From Sarea resinae (lineage: Eukaryota), in contig JAPEUD010000003.1 in NCBI GenBank assembly GCA_026026165.1, positions 310,001-374,000 of the forward strand: a stretch of DNA of 64,000 nt. The letters are read 5' to 3'. The position numbers and the translations under genes were made by a program. Numbering within the stretch: position 1 is the first letter of the stretch; each line of letters starts with the position of its first letter. This document shows positions 1 through 13,338 of the stretch, in pieces. Below the pieces are notes generated by a model that was given only the letters and a program-made list of their open reading frames with translations, was not told where the DNA came from and ran no database searches.

Positions 1-1026
1 CTGTATCGATTTCAGATATATCACCGATGCGATTACGCCCGAGGAGGCGCTTGAAATGCTACGGAAGGGGCAGGAGGGCAAGGCGGACAGAATCAGGGAC
101 GCCGAGAATAATCGCGCTGTGCCCGCTTATACGACAAGTGCCGGGTGGTTGGGCTACGGAGAGGACAAGATGAAGGCCTTGCTCGAAGAGACGCAGAGGA
201 ATGGCTACAAGTTCTTCAAGTTGAAGGTTGGAGGCAGTGTCGAGGCAGACCGGCGCCGATTAAAGATCGCGCGAGACGTCATTGGCTACGATAAGGGCAA
301 TAAGCTGATGGTCGACGCCAACCAGGTCAGTAGAAACCTCCCTGTTAGACTAGGAATGCTTCGTTCTAGGACCATCGATGCGCTTCAACTACCTCTCAAA
401 GCGAATCCTGACTAACTTCTAAATCTGCATTCTTCTAGATCTGGTCTGTGCCTGAAGCTATCGACTACATGAAACAGCTGGCGGAATTCAAGCCATGGTT
501 CATCGAAGAGCCCACGTCTCCCGACGACATCCTGGGCCATAAAGCGATCCGCGAAGCCTTAAAGCCGTACGACATCAGCGTGGCGACAGGAGAAATGTGT
601 CAGAACAGGGTGATCTTCAAGCAGATGCTTGCCGGGGGTGCCATTGACGTCTGCCAGATCGACGCCTGTCGCATGGGCGGCGTCAACGAGGTCCTTGCCG
701 TACTATTAATGGCGAAGAAATTCGGCGTGCCCATTGTCCCTCACAGCGGTGGCGTTGGTCTGCCGGAATATACGCAACACCTGTCGACCATAAATTACAT
801 CCTGCTCTCGCACGTCCCGAGCGTACTGGAATATGTCGACCATCTCCATGAGCATTTTTTCCACCCGGCCGTCATCACAGACGGATATTACGTGACGCCC
901 ACACAACCAGGGTATAGTGTTGAAATGCGACCAGAAAGCATGGAACGATTTGAATTTCCTGGTGGGGAGAAGAGCTGGTGGAGGAGTGAAGAGGCCAGGA
1001 GCATTCTAGAGGGTGTCAGAGTTTGA
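1..1026 (+). CDS. gaaB: L-galactonate/L-fuconate dehydratase (enolase superfamily, ENOSF1/rTS-like), 5'-truncated by the window edge; intron 326-438
   Basis: Motifs AYTTSAGWLGY, FKLKVG, MVDANQ|IWSVPEA, FIEEPTSPDD, TGEMCQN, QIDACR, PHSGGVGL, EYVDHLHEHF. A GTCAGT..CTAAC..TAG intron joins ORFs 56-415 and 448-1026 in frame. Confidence 0.88.
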
Positions 1027-1252
1027 TAGGGAGAAGATATTCTCATACGAACACGAATGCGAAAACATATATATAGAGGCGTCTTGAAGGGCGACAATAG
1101 ATAGATGCATATACATGTTTAAGAGCCTATGATACAAATCCAATACAATCTTGCTACTACGACACCAATTTCCTGCAAAATTCCCGACAGCCTACTCAAC
1201 CATCAAGAGGAACTCAGGCTCTCGTTGTCTCCATGACTAAAAGGTAGCAAAT

Positions 1253-2047
1253 CTACCACCCTTTCCTTCTCATCTCCTCCACCTTGGAAACCATGGCCTG
1301 GAAGCCAAGCTTGAACTTCTTCCGCCAACGCTGAGACTTTAGTCTCTTTCTCCTTAGACCCGGCCGTTCGTGAAATCTCTGCGCACTGGCATCCGTCCTG
1401 ACGCTGTTCTTGTTGCAATTGATGTCCAAGACCCTCAACGATCGCCCAAGATCCATGCCCTTGCCGGGGTTGACCTGGACGGTTCGGCCGAGGCTGGGCC
1501 CGAGACGCATGGGCGGTGCTGCCGGCGGCTTGGGAGGTTCGGACGCGAAGATATTTCTGGACACCTGGGAGCTAGCATTGGGGTCGAGCATGCGGGAGGT
1601 GTCGAAGCGGCTGCGTTGCGAGAGGTAGGAGCGGTCCAAGTCGGAATTGAGGTTCGCGGCCGAGTTGCCGGGTCGATTTCCGGCTTGAGCATAGCGGGAG
1701 GAGAAGCGGCTCGTACGGCCAGTGTTTGATGCAGGGCGTTTGATGTCGGAGAGGAGACTGTCGAGCGTCTCGTCCATGGACTTGGCAGAGGAGGATGAAG
1801 AAGCGTTGCCGGATGGGTCAGGGGCCGTGGACGACGACCCTTGCTCTTGCTCTTGCTTGAGCGGTCGACTTGTCATGAATGTTCTACGGGCGGTGATTGT
1901 CGAAGAGCAAGAGGACGTCCCGGCCATCATTGATGTGGCTAGGAGACAGGGACGCCATGGTCTCGAGCAGGCTGATGGTGCGATGATGGCGGACCAAGGC
2001 GACACTGACGACCGCAGCAAAGCGGCGCCGACTTGTCGAAGGTCCAT
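1253..2047 (-). CDS. MRP21: Mitochondrial small ribosomal subunit protein bS21m
   Basis: C-terminal S21 domain (GRTVQV..DLGRSLRVLDINCNKNSVR..QRFHERPGLRRKRLKSQRWRKKFKLGF..RRKGW). The Ser/Arg-rich N-terminus from ATG 2047 resembles a presequence. Confidence 0.88.
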   Translation of the reverse strand: MDLRQVGAALLRSSVSPWSAIIAPSACSRPWRPCLLATSMMAGTSSCSSTITARRTFMTSRPLKQEQEQGSSSTAPDPSGNASSSSSAKSMDETLDSLLSDIKRPASNTGRTSRFSSRYAQAGNRPGNSAANLNSDLDRSYLSQRSRFDTSRMLDPNASSQVSRNIFASEPPKPPAAPPMRLGPSLGRTVQVNPGKGMDLGRSLRVLDINCNKNSVRTDASAQRFHERPGLRRKRLKSQRWRKKFKLGFQAMVSKVEEMRRKGW

Positions 2048-2474
2048 CGCGGACGTGGCCGCCGTCAGAAGAGGTCTCTTTCGAGATATCGTCCTGCTCA
2101 ATTGAATGAGATGGCCGTCAGGAACAATGGTGTTGAGCGATTGATGCAAGACTCACTGGTCGACGATAGTTGCATGGCATCAAGAGCACGGCAAGGTCAC
2201 GGTGGTAGCAGACTCGCCTCGACTTTTTGTGACGCCGCTTTTCGCTTCGAGCTTTTGCGACAAGAGCGGCAAGCGAACCTGATTGCTCCCAGTGTTGAGT
2301 GCTGAGCTTCACTCTTCACGGGGAGAACACCGGCAGCCTACCTACATCGCACCCCAATTACAACCTCCACGTCGACAAGCTCTTGACTTGACAGAGTCAC
2401 ATCTTGCGCGCCTTTCAAGCCTCGATCCAACTCTCGACCAAGCCAGTCCTGCTCCGCTGCCTCTACTCAGAGCC

Positions 2475-5172
2475 ATGTACAATCCATATGCAGGTAAGCT
2501 CGAAAGCACGACTTCTAATAAAAGGCGCCCATTCTCTACGCGCACTAACCTTCATACCATTCACTCTCGTCCGCAAAACCTTCAGTGTCTTTGACTGACA
2601 TGATGACCTTTGTACAGCGCCGCCCTATGGCCGGCCTCCGGGGTTTGCTGGCTTCCCTGGCCAGCAAGGCGCTCCTCCAGGTATGGGAGCTCCCCCAGGA
2701 ATGGGTACGTATAGGCTCTCTATCAGCATCCTGAATAATATTGATGGCATCTATCACAGCTCTTCCTCCTGGAATGGCTGCGCCAGGTACTGCTGCACCT
2801 CCAGGCATGCAACAATCGAACACTCCGCAGCCTGGCGGACGCGGCCCTCTCCAAGGCTTTCAACCTCCGGCAAATATGCCCAACATCAACTTCGCTGCTC
2901 CAGTCATTCGTCTCGGAACGACCGGCCCAGGAAAGCCTTCGACACCTTTGGGCGGGGCAGGAGGACGGAAAGATAGCGGTGCCGACATGGGAAGTGGGCG
3001 CCCGGGGCTTGGTGCAGGGTCTGGGGGAATGGACCAACAGAGACAGGCGATGAGGGACAGCATGATGAGCCTGTTGCCGCCAACGAAGGAAGAACTTGTG
3101 AGGACCGTGTTTGTTGGGGGGATTACTGAGGGCGTGGGAGGCGACGACGGAGTGGAAAGGATACTACGATCTGCGGGGAATCTGCGACGCTGGAACCGTG
3201 CATTGGACGCTGACAACAAGCCTTGCCGGTTTGGTTTCGCAGAGTTCGAAGATGTGGAAAGCTTAGGGACAGCGGTTGAAGTCTTGAAAGACATCGAAGT
3301 GCCGGTGAAGAGACAAAGTCCAAATGCCGTAAAGAAAGAAGAGGATGGGGATGCCAAGGAACCCGAGAAGAGCACATTACTTGTGAGCATTTCATGATTC
3401 TTATCGTCTGACTCAGGCGCTCATATCTCACAGGTTATCGTCGATGAGAACTCCCTGAACTATCTCGAGCAATACCAGGCATCCCGCGGCGACGAGGACC
3501 CTGCCGTCCTGCAAGCTCGACTCGATGGTGCCAAAGCTAACCTGGCAAAAGTCCTCCACGACATTTCATACCCTTCTGCACTTGCACAGACTGGCGACTT
3601 CTCTGCCTTGGATAAGGACGGTGATACTGCCATGCAAGATGGCGAGATAAAGCCCGATGGGACTCTGGCCGAAGTTGTCACTATCCCCCTCTCAGTCGAC
3701 GACGAGCTTTCGGACATCCCTGCGGAAATGCGTGAAACAGTCGCCCAGGAGATTGCCAATTTCCGAGAACGCAGCAACCGTCGAGATGTGGAGCGGCTGA
3801 AACGCGAGGAGGAAGCCGAAGCTCTGGAACGTTCGAGGGGCGCGTCTGGCCCAAGGGCTAGCAGGCTTGCTTCACCGCCGCCATCAGCACCGAGTGGGCC
3901 TGCAGGTGGCGCAAACGGCGTTCCGGTCGGCCCACGAGACCGTGGAATTCAAGGCGCCCCTTCGGGACCAAAAGGTTTCCAAGGCCATCAAATCCCGAGA
4001 GATTATCAAAAGGGCGTCTCATTTGTCAATGGCAGCGGTATCAACGGCGCTGCATCTGCTGGCTGGATCAACCGCGAAGACGAGGATAGCGACGCAAGCG
4101 ACGAAGAACTCGAACGGCGGCGCAAGGACAAGAAAGAAGCCGAGCTCGAAAAGCTGTACCTGGACCAAGAGCGCCGCTGGCTCAATCGTGAACGCAGTCG
4201 CACCGCAGCCGTCGAACGTGAAAAGATCCGCGAAAAAGAAGACGAAGGCCGTCTCGCGCTCGAAAAAGAAGCCGTGGCCAAACGTCTCCGCGAATGGGAT
4301 GACGACGTCGAAGCCAGCCGCAAGGTCGAGGAATACTACGCCGACCGGAGCATGTGGATCCGCAACCGGCTCGCCTTCCGCACCCGCGAAATCGAGCTCG
4401 ACGAGCACGACCGCGCGGCCGAGGACCGCGAACTCGCCCGCGACTCGGCCCAGAAAGAGCACGCGCGGGGCATGGCCGACCAGTTCCTGGCGCGCCAGGC
4501 CGAGGAGCTCGAGCGCTCCCATGCCGCGCCGTCGCGCGAGGCGCCGCAGCGCTTCAAGCTGTCGCTGGGCGCAGCGGCCGCGGCCCAGAAAGCCCACACC
4601 GCGACGCAGGCGCCGCGCCGCTCGGCGGCCGAAGTCGAAGGCCTGCTCGAAGACGAGGAGGACGTGGACGCGTCGACCAAACGCACGCTGGTGCCCATCC
4701 AGTTCGACTCGGCGGCCGAGGCGTCGGGCCTGTCGGACGAGGAGCGCGCGCAGGCGGCCCGGCAGCTGGCGGCGGATATCCCGTCGGACAAGGACGGCCT
4801 GTGGAAGTGGCCGGTGCGGTGGGAGTTTGTGGACGAGACGGTGCTGGGCGAGCAGCTGCGGCCGTTTGTGGAGAAGAAGATTGTCGAGTATCTGGGCGTG
4901 CAGGAGCAGATGCTGGTCGAGGTTGTCGAGGAACATGTCCGGAAGCGGGGTGCGCCTGGCGACTTGGTCGACGCCTTGGAAGGGGTGAGTCTTTTTTTCT
5001 CTTATATTTCCCCTTGCCCCTTTCATTATGGAAAAATTGAAGGCGCACTTTTGCTAACATCGCCTTTCTCTTCACGTAGGCCCTCGACGAAGAGGCAGAA
5101 GTGCTCGTCAAGAAGCTCTGGCGCATGATCATCTTCTTCTCCGAGAGCGAGAAACGCGGCCTCAGTGCTTGA
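2475..5172 (+). CDS. SNU71: U1 snRNP-associated PWI-domain protein (Snu71/RBM25/Usp107 family); 5 exons (introns about 2494-2617, 2705-2759, 3384-3432, 4985-5079)
   Basis: Pro/Gly-rich N-terminus, RRM-like RTVFVGGI..CRFGFAEFED, charged coiled coil, and C-terminal PWI domain (LRPFVEKKIVEYLGVQE..EG|ALDEEAEVLVKKLWRMIIFFSE). Canonical splice sites give a continuous frame. Confidence 0.9.
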
Positions 5173-6333
5173 TTGCGGCGTCCATTAATTGGTCGTCGGA
5201 ACCCTGTTTGGCTATCTACCTATCTCTCTACCTATTCTTTTCATTCCCACCTGACCACCTAGAATTCCTTCTCTCTCTGTCCATTCACATCTACTTTGTC
5301 CGCTTCCTACCTGCCCAACACCACCAACACCACCACCAACACCTCCTCTTCCTCCTCCTTCTCCTTCTCTTCCTCTCTTCCTGCCCCACCAAACCCCCTC
5401 CTATCCATCCATCTCGCTCTCTCCCCTGTCCGATCCTCTCCATGGAGGCGGTCCTCACTTTTCATTTGGGCGCTACTAGGAACAGAACAGTCAGGCTCCG
5501 TTTCTCTTCGGAACCTTTTTAGGAGTGAGACGATAAAATTCAAAGAATCAATCAAAAGAAAAGAAATTCTCTAGTGGGATTTCCGATGGAGCTTTTCATC
5601 TTCTTCTCATCCGGCTGATCGGGGTACCCATCCATGCCTTGGTTGCGTGTGTGTTCGTGTGTGCGTGTTGATGTGTAGATGTGTAGATGTGTAGACGTGT
5701 GTGTGGGTATGTGGGTATGTAATAGGTACGGACGGCGGCCCATCAAAGTGACGCCACAGAAGTATGTGTCTGACACGTCTGAATCCCTTTCTCTCTCTCT
5801 CTCTCTCTCCCTCTCTTCCGCCCTCTCACTCTCTGTCAGTGTGCCTGTGTGCCTGTGTGCATGGCATACAAGCGTTTGTACGAGCTGCACGGGTAGGAGA
5901 ACATGTGCCTGATGCCTTATATGCTATACACTATATGCCACGAGCTGTATATCCCCATCCTCCATCCGCCCATTCCCTTCCCGTCCCTTCCCTTCCCGTC
6001 CCACAGGAGCAACCCATTTGTACATGCCCATCCCCATATACTTCATAGACCCCCGTGATTGTCCCTCGGGTATTAATATACAAGGAAGAAGTTACGGCAT
6101 ATGGCATATACATTTCTTTTTATTTCCTTCGGAACCCTTGACACAGCACAGCGCAGTACGGCACAGAGAGAGAGAGAGAGTAAGCAAGGATGTTTGATAT
6201 TGGGCTTTGAATTCAAGGAAAAAGGATCGACGACGATGGGGACGGGAGGAAGGAGGGGCTGGTCTGTCATGGGCCATAGGAATGGTGGTAGATCCCCGGC
6301 TGGGATGGGCTGGATGGATGGACGGCTGTCCGC

Positions 6334-8230
6334 CTAGCCGGCCACATGCGCAACCTTCAGAGGATGGGCCTCGGTGTTGAAGACAAACGACTGCGCCGCA
6401 CCGGCCTGGACCTGCCACGCGGCGTCCTCGGTGTGGATGAGATAGGCATACTTCATGACCTCGGCGAAGAGGAAGCTCTCCTGATTATCGAGCGGCTCGC
6501 CGCCGCCGGGGACGTTGACGTCGGAGATGGCGGTGAAGCCGGAGCCCTGGCGGGCGGTGGCGTTGATGGCGACGAAGGCGTCCCAGGCCCAGTCCTGGTA
6601 CGTCGTGTTGCCCGTGACGCGGTAGGCGTAGTAGTAGCTCTCCAGCACCTCGGGCCGCAGGTCGTAGATGGCGTCCTCGATCCAGAAGCCGGCTGCGTCG
6701 TAGAAGGCGCTCTGGTTGGCCGGCAGCGTGGTCGTGTTCCACGAGAAGATCTCTGGCCCGATGCCCGTCGCCGTCGCCGCGTACGTGTCGTGGCAGCCGT
6801 TGACGAGCTCGAGCCCGAACGAGACGTAGTCGGGCCGGTCGAGCACGGCGCCGCCGAGGATGAAATTGCCGCCGTCGAAACAGGTGAGGTGCTCGGATTC
6901 GAAGTCGAGCTCCGGCCCGTCGTACATGGCGAGGAAGGTGAGGTCGGGCCGCGACGACGGGTGCGAGCTCAGGTTGCGTATTGTGCTGTCGGCCGCCAGC
7001 GTCCAGCGGTCCTTGTAGGCCCCGAACCGCGTGCTGTCGTACACGTACATCTTGAGCAGGTATTCGTAAAACGAGTCGTCGCCGCCGCTCCAGCCGCCCG
7101 ACGCGTCGACGAAGAGCCCGCTCGTGATGTTGACGTCCGTGCCGACCAGGCCTGGGAAGGGCTCGTCCGACGCCGGTTGTGGGTTCAAGAGGTAGGATTC
7201 GCCTTTTTGGCTGAGCGTGGCGTATTCGGGGTCGCCTGTCAGGTCCGAGAGATGGGTCCCTGTGTGTTTGTGTGAGCGTGCATTTTCGGGTTACTGCATT
7301 CCGGGAGAGGAACAAGAAAATAGGAATGGGCCAGTCATCTTTCTAGACAGTCTGGGGATGGGGTAGATACAGGGTTGATGCAGTCGGCGAGTGCCAAGCA
7401 TCGATATTGGTTGAACGGTTGCGGATCTCGAAAGAAAGAAAAGTGGGCGATGAAAGAAACAAAGACCTCTGTACGCTCATGAAAGTCTATTAGATCATAT
7501 CACTCACATTCTAGCACGAGACTCCCAATCGTCGCCAGCCCGTTGGTAGCGCTTCCGTCGTTAGTCTTATTGTTGATGTTGAGATTGTTGCTGGGGATCC
7601 CAGTTGGAGTGTCAAAAGCATATTTGAGGACATCGGCGAGAGATTTCGATTGAGTCAAAAGAGCGTCAACATTGGACGACTATGATCGTTAGTAAGACGC
7701 CACATATTATAACTCCAGATAATTACATTCGTAGTCATATTCGCCAGGGGCCCTGTAAGCAGATCGTAGGCAGAAAGCATCCCTGCCATATACCGAATGG
7801 TCGTCTCGAAAAGACTGACTTGCGTTGTCGTCTGGTTGAAATCGATGGTGGGGATAAAGTCTAGTATCTCGTTGACGATTTCTGGTATCTCCATGACGAG
7901 CGCGGTACTGAAAGCATCAGCGGCGCTTGCGCCCCAGCCATTCCTACAGTAGAGCGTTAGAGACATCGTCTTCAACCCATCCATTCCGCCTCACCTGGAA
8001 TCGCCATAGGTATCCGACACCGGATGAAGCTCGTCATGGGGAAAAGCGTATTTGTAGTAGCCGTCCCACGCGAAAGTGAAGGCTTCTTTGACGGCGTCCG
8101 CACGAGCTTGCGGCGAAGTGACATTGCTCGTCGGTGCCTGGCGCCTCAACGTCGAAGAATAAGGGAACGCGCATGCTCCTGAAAAGAGAGCGGCAGCCTC
8201 AACGGCCAGAAAGAGTGTAGAGAAATGCAT
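6334..8230 (-). CDS. Secreted class I alpha-1,2-mannosidase (GH47); 4 exons
   Basis: Signal peptide [23 protein letters not shown]47 motifs [77 protein letters not shown]. Confidence 0.93.
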
Positions 8231-9574
8231 ATTGTTATTTGGAGCTATCACCTATGAAATCGCAGCGGTTGGTCTATAAATGAACGACGAAGAAGGAGCG
8301 GAATGACCAGATTGGATGCTGGTCTTGGGGTAACGAGCGTCAAAGCATAGGCATACGGAGAAGCTGATTTCAAGCTTTAGAAGAGCGCATGACCGAGAGA
8401 CAGATGCAAGAAATGCGGTTCAGAAGGAGGCACGGGCAGAGATGAGCATTCGAATGATGCCGTTCGCTTTTCAGCGGGGAGGAAGGTATGATGTGCAATG
8501 CCGGCCAATGGATGTAACCATCCGGGGTCAAAAGTGAACACGCGGGAGAAGAGGTAGAAAAGTAGACCACGCGAACACGCGAACACGCTTTGATTAGGAT
8601 GCACGAGATCATCCATTTGAACTGCTTGATGCAGATGGTGCGAAGACAAAATAGGGAAGCTTGAGCTTATGTTGAACGTTGCCACAGGGCTACCTCGTAG
8701 TCGATAGATGATAAGCGGTGAATTCGACGAAAACAGCAAGAAGCCGAAGAACAAGAGGAGGTTAACGAGATTGATGAGATTAGGGAGATGAGGGAGATGA
8801 AGGGACCGCCGATCAGCAACAGTGCGAGGAGCGAGGAGTACAGCGTACAGCAGTACTCTGCACGCAGTACGAGATACACCCATGAATGATCCATCCTGGG
8901 ATATACCATCGTGATCATATAACCTGGTCAGTGATGATAACGACCATGGTAGGGCATGTAATGAGTGATCTGTATATATCTGTGATGATATAGACTTGAC
9001 GTGTAGGCATCTCGAAGCCTGGAAGATGAAGATGGGGATGAAGACGAAGATGAAGACGACGCGGATGAGACGAGAGGCGATGCTCGCCAGCCGCCACGCT
9101 GCCAGCTGCAACAACGTGGCGTAACTGGACCTCGAGATGTCCGTCCTTTCGTGCGTAGGGAGCGTGGAAGCCGCCCTGTGATGTTTACTCAACAACCTCG
9201 GGCGGCCAAGGCCCAAGGGCAGTGGACGACCACCGCGACGTGGCTGTCGCCCGATCATGAGGCATCAAAGTCACCGCGACGAGAAGAGAAGACGGGCCCG
9301 ACGCCAGCGCGTGGCGTCCCGACTTTCGTCTACGTGATGACGGCGCTATTGACAGTTTGAACCCGCATCGCGAGTATAGCAGTAACTACGGACGTAACTA
9401 CTGACGACCGATTACCAACGATGCACTCTCGATCTTTTAGACCTCGTTTCTTCCCGTCTCTAGACTCTAGAGTTGCCCTCATGTCAGCCTTCTCCAGACT
9501 TCTTTTCTTCTTGCCTTTTGCTGCCATTTTTTCATCAACCGCACCGACAGTCCTCGCGCTGCGGTCACTACAAG

Positions 9575-10905
9575 ATGGACGATAACAATGCTGCCGCCGC
9601 CGATCAATCGTCTGTGTCTAATACTTCGCGGGTTGTCGATTTCACCACTCCGTTGGATCTACGGAGCCTGAACGGAAAGAGTGTCCTCATCACTGGCGGA
9701 GCGGTCGGGCTCGGAAAGGCATTTGCAGAGGCATTTGCGAAGGCTGGGTAGGTTTCAAGTGAATGTTTTGCTTTTGGACAGAGCCTGCACTTCGAGCTCT
9801 ACTCTCATTTGGCTGCTCGAGCTGTATTGGCTCGATCGTCTGACAGACTCAATATCCCTACACTTTATGAACATTTGCAATCACATCTCATGATCCTCGT
9901 TTTTTCTCTTTCATTTTCTCTCTCAGATCTTTCTGCTTTCATATTTCTCCGTTCAGCTTGATATTGATAAGCAGCTGATTTAACAAGTGCATATGTAACG
10001 ATCACGGATATTCGATTGGAAGATGGAGAAAGGACGGCCGAGGAAATGAGGAATGCTGGCTTAAAGTCCGGGTCTACGATTCCCACTGCCATTTTTCTCT
10101 AGCTGACGACTACAGTGTCATCTTCGTCCAAGCAGACGTGACTGATTGGGACGCCTCGGTGGCTGCCTTCAAGGCGGCCATTCAATTTTCTCCCCACAAG
10201 GCAATTGACATCGTTGTGCCAAACGCGGGCTTGACCGCTCATTCTCTCCTGATGGAACTGAAGAATACAAAGCCTTCACTCGAGGTCGACCCGGAGCGGC
10301 CCCCAATAAATACCATCGAGGTCGATCTCATTGGCGTCTACTACACCGCCAAATTGGCTCTGCACTATTTTGGGCTGCCACCATCGGAGAATGCACCCAA
10401 GGGCAAGAAACAGATCGTCTTCATCAGCTCTCTCGGGGGATACCTCGAATTGTCAGGACTGGCCGATTACATGGCAAGTAAGTTCGGAGTTAGGGGGCTA
10501 TGGAAGGCATTGAGGAGTAGCATCACCACTCTGGGGATCCAAACCAACTTGATCGCGCCCACGTTTATGAGGACTCCCATGACCAAAGCTATCGCCGCAG
10601 ATCTAGAAGCCAAGGGAGTCAGATTTGGGAGGATTGAGGACGCCGTCGATGCGATGATGCGGTTGGCCAGTGACGATCGGATTGATGGTAAGGCCTCTCA
10701 TTCAGATGCATGAATTCGAACTAATGGATGGCCACGACGTGCAGGTCGAGCAATCGCCGTGGGGACCGGTGGAAGTTTTGACCTGCGGGATGACTTTGAT
10801 GGTATGGACGCAGGGTTCGAGATCCGCGAGTATTGCAAGAGGGAGACCAGGTCGGCCCAGATGGCGGCCGTCCTCAGAGCATCGCACATCAAACCCGAGG
10901 AGTAG
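9575..10905 (+). CDS. Short-chain dehydrogenase/reductase (classical SDR); 4 exons
   Basis: TGGAVGLG Rossmann motif, DVTD, VPNAG, catalytic YMASK. The last exon reads through to TAG at 10903-10905. Confidence 0.9.
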
Positions 10906-12570
10906 GGGTGCCGTGGCGACAGGGTTGGGGCTGGGTCCAGGGCCGGGTTATGTATGCTGGAAGGAACTGTACAGTGTCTCGTTATCAGGCGTATGCTCTG
11001 TCCGTCTGAGCCGGGCAGGAGGGACTAAATAGACCATGGATTCATCACTCTTAGACATGCAGGCCCGCTATCTGTGACCATCTATTATTATCATGAGAGA
11101 CGTGCCAGAAGTCGTGCTGGCACGGAGCAGGGTGGTGAGGGGGACCCTGCTAGAGCCGAGGGACAAGACGATAAAGACCCGTTCGGGTAAGGGGGGGGGC
11201 CCGTGGATCCAGATTAGCGCATGCCCGCTCTCTGGCGAGGTGTGCATCAGTCACCAGGGACTTGCGATCGAGGTAGCGTCTCCGCCGTCTCGATGGCGCC
11301 GAGATACTTTGATGCGAGGTCCTCTCTGGATTGTTTGGTCCACCCTTCTGACCATGGATCCCGTCACCATCGACCCTCTCGGAGCTGGTGGTTATCGATA
11401 AGCCACCTAGTAAGTCGAGCGGGCACCTCGGAGTGGCGAGGGACAGGACAAAACACCCCACCATGTATACTTCATCAGGTAGACAACAGGAAGGGACGAG
11501 AGATGGAGAGATGGAGAGATGGAGAGATCTGGCCGGCATGTGAATCATCAGGTGTCGGCTATCATCTGAAGAGAAGAGAACCTGAGCTCTTAGGCAATTA
11601 TTCATTGATCAAGTGGAAGGGAGAGCACTACGAATTACTGAGGTGCGTACTCCAATCGATGCTCGACCTCCCTGGAATGCCGCATGACTGCCAAGGCCCA
11701 AGTGGACAGCAGGACAGCAGGACAACAGGACAGCAGACCAAGAACTTCCATGTTCCCTCCCTACCTCCCCTCCCCTCCCACCCCCCCACCTCTGTTCTCT
11801 CTTCTCTTCCCCCCCCTCGCCTGCCTTCCGCCCCTCTTCAGCCACGAGCGGGAGAGTCGACTCCCTCCTGAGAGTACTGACGTGAGAGCCGGGCAACCTA
11901 ACTCAAGTGTCGAGCTGTAGAGTAGAGTAGTCTGGCCTCGATCCCCACTTTACCCGTCTTTGGCGCCTCGTAGTTCGTGATTCGCAAGTCGGCCGTGCTT
12001 CGTACCTTAGTCGGCCAACCGTCATTCCCGACTACGGTGTCGACCTTCACTGGATCAGGAAAGGCAGATACACTTCAGTGCCAGCACCGGCTGCCATTGC
12101 ATTGCCATCTCAACTCGATCGCGCCTCATCATCGAGCATCCACGGTGCCAGTCGAGATCTTGCCTCTTCTCCACCCCTTCTGCCCTCCTCCTCCTCCTTC
12201 TCGCTTTCCCTCCTCCCCTCCTCCCCTCGTCTCTAACGCCTGGTCCCTTTCCTGACCTGAATCCCATCTCCTTGCACGCGACACCCCATCCATCTCCTCC
12301 TTCCATGCTCTGCTCTCCACACCCTCACAGACGCTCTTCCATGCTTCAATTCTCACTCCTGTGAGATCAACCCGTTATCGCGTGTCCCACGTCCAGCCGT
12401 TCTTCTTATCGTCAGAACGCCTGCCACGGACGACGATCTTTGATCAGAAAGACTGTATATATGCCCCCGTCTCTTCCTCTTGTCGGGATTCGTCAACGAC
12501 AACAGTAACAACATATCTGACTATCCACCCTCCTCAAGTCTCAGCTGGCCGTAGACCAAAAACTGCCGCC

Positions 12571-13338
12571 ATGACGACCAATATCACCAACACCCCTAAC
12601 ATTGACCCTCTGCCCATCTACTCCCGCGACCCAGACAGATCCTCGATCCTCTCTGACGCCCCGTCCTACTCGTCGGAAGCCCCCTCCTACCACTCTTCCA
12701 GCACGCACAACCACCATCATCCACCTCCTAGCTACCACCACCATCATCGTCATCGCAACATTGACGCCAACAATAACAACAATGACGAAATAAACAACAG
12801 CCCACCGCGGCAACCCAACCCCTACTACGCCCCCGGATTCCGCCCCCCGCTCCACCGACACAACAACAGCATCGCCTCGGCGGTCGAGCAACCGGGCTTC
12901 AACTTCAACATCTCGCAGTGGTCGTCCCCACACAGCTCGCACCAAGCGCGCCACTACCAAAACGTGGCCCACCGGCGCGCCAACGTGCTCGCCGAAGCGG
13001 AGCGCATCGTGCGCGACGCGGCCGTGCCCAGCGTGGTGGTGGCGCCGCTGAACACGGTGACGACGCCGCCGACGTCGGTCGCGCCGGCCAGCCCGCACGA
13101 GGACCCGGACCTGGTCGGCCACGAGGCCGCCGAGCGCACCCGCATGCGCCGCCTCTACATGCAGAAGTGCGCCGACGAGGAGGCCCTGCGCCAGGAGGGC
13201 AAGGCCTGGGATTTCCTGCTGCAGCAGATGGCCGACTGGGGCGAGCGCGACCGCAGCTGGAAAAAGTTCCGCAACGACGTCGTCGGCTCCCGCGTCTTTG
13301 GCCGCAAGGTCGGCTTGAGGAACTGGAAGGATCTGTGA
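12571..13338 (+). CDS. Conserved hypothetical protein (Pezizomycotina-type), intronless
   Basis: GCCGCCATG start context and strong codon bias. Blocks HYQNVAHRR, EDPDLVG and EEALRQEGKAWDFLLQQMADWGERDRSW resemble an uncharacterised fungal family as I recall it. Confidence 0.75.
   Translation: MTTNITNTPNIDPLPIYSRDPDRSSILSDAPSYSSEAPSYHSSSTHNHHHPPPSYHHHHRHRNIDANNNNNDEINNSPPRQPNPYYAPGFRPPLHRHNNSIASAVEQPGFNFNISQWSSPHSSHQARHYQNVAHRRANVLAEAERIVRDAAVPSVVVAPLNTVTTPPTSVAPASPHEDPDLVGHEAAERTRMRRLYMQKCADEEALRQEGKAWDFLLQQMADWGERDRSWKKFRNDVVGSRVFGRKVGLRNWKDL

Noticed and set aside
3867..7315. Long overlapping alternative-frame and antisense ORFs over SNU71 and GH47 (also over LEU1, GH71 and 12541-13412)
   Set aside because: Shadow ORFs expected from very high GC3; low-complexity Arg/Ala/Pro-rich translations with no motifs.
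8377..9258. 293-aa minus-strand ORF between GH47 and the SDR
   Set aside because: Translation follows simple repeats of a divergent promoter region; no domain or codon bias.
12361..12570. GTG-initiated N-terminal extension of the hypothetical protein
   Set aside because: ATG 12571 has a strong GCCGCCATG context, and the upstream part looks like 5' UTR.
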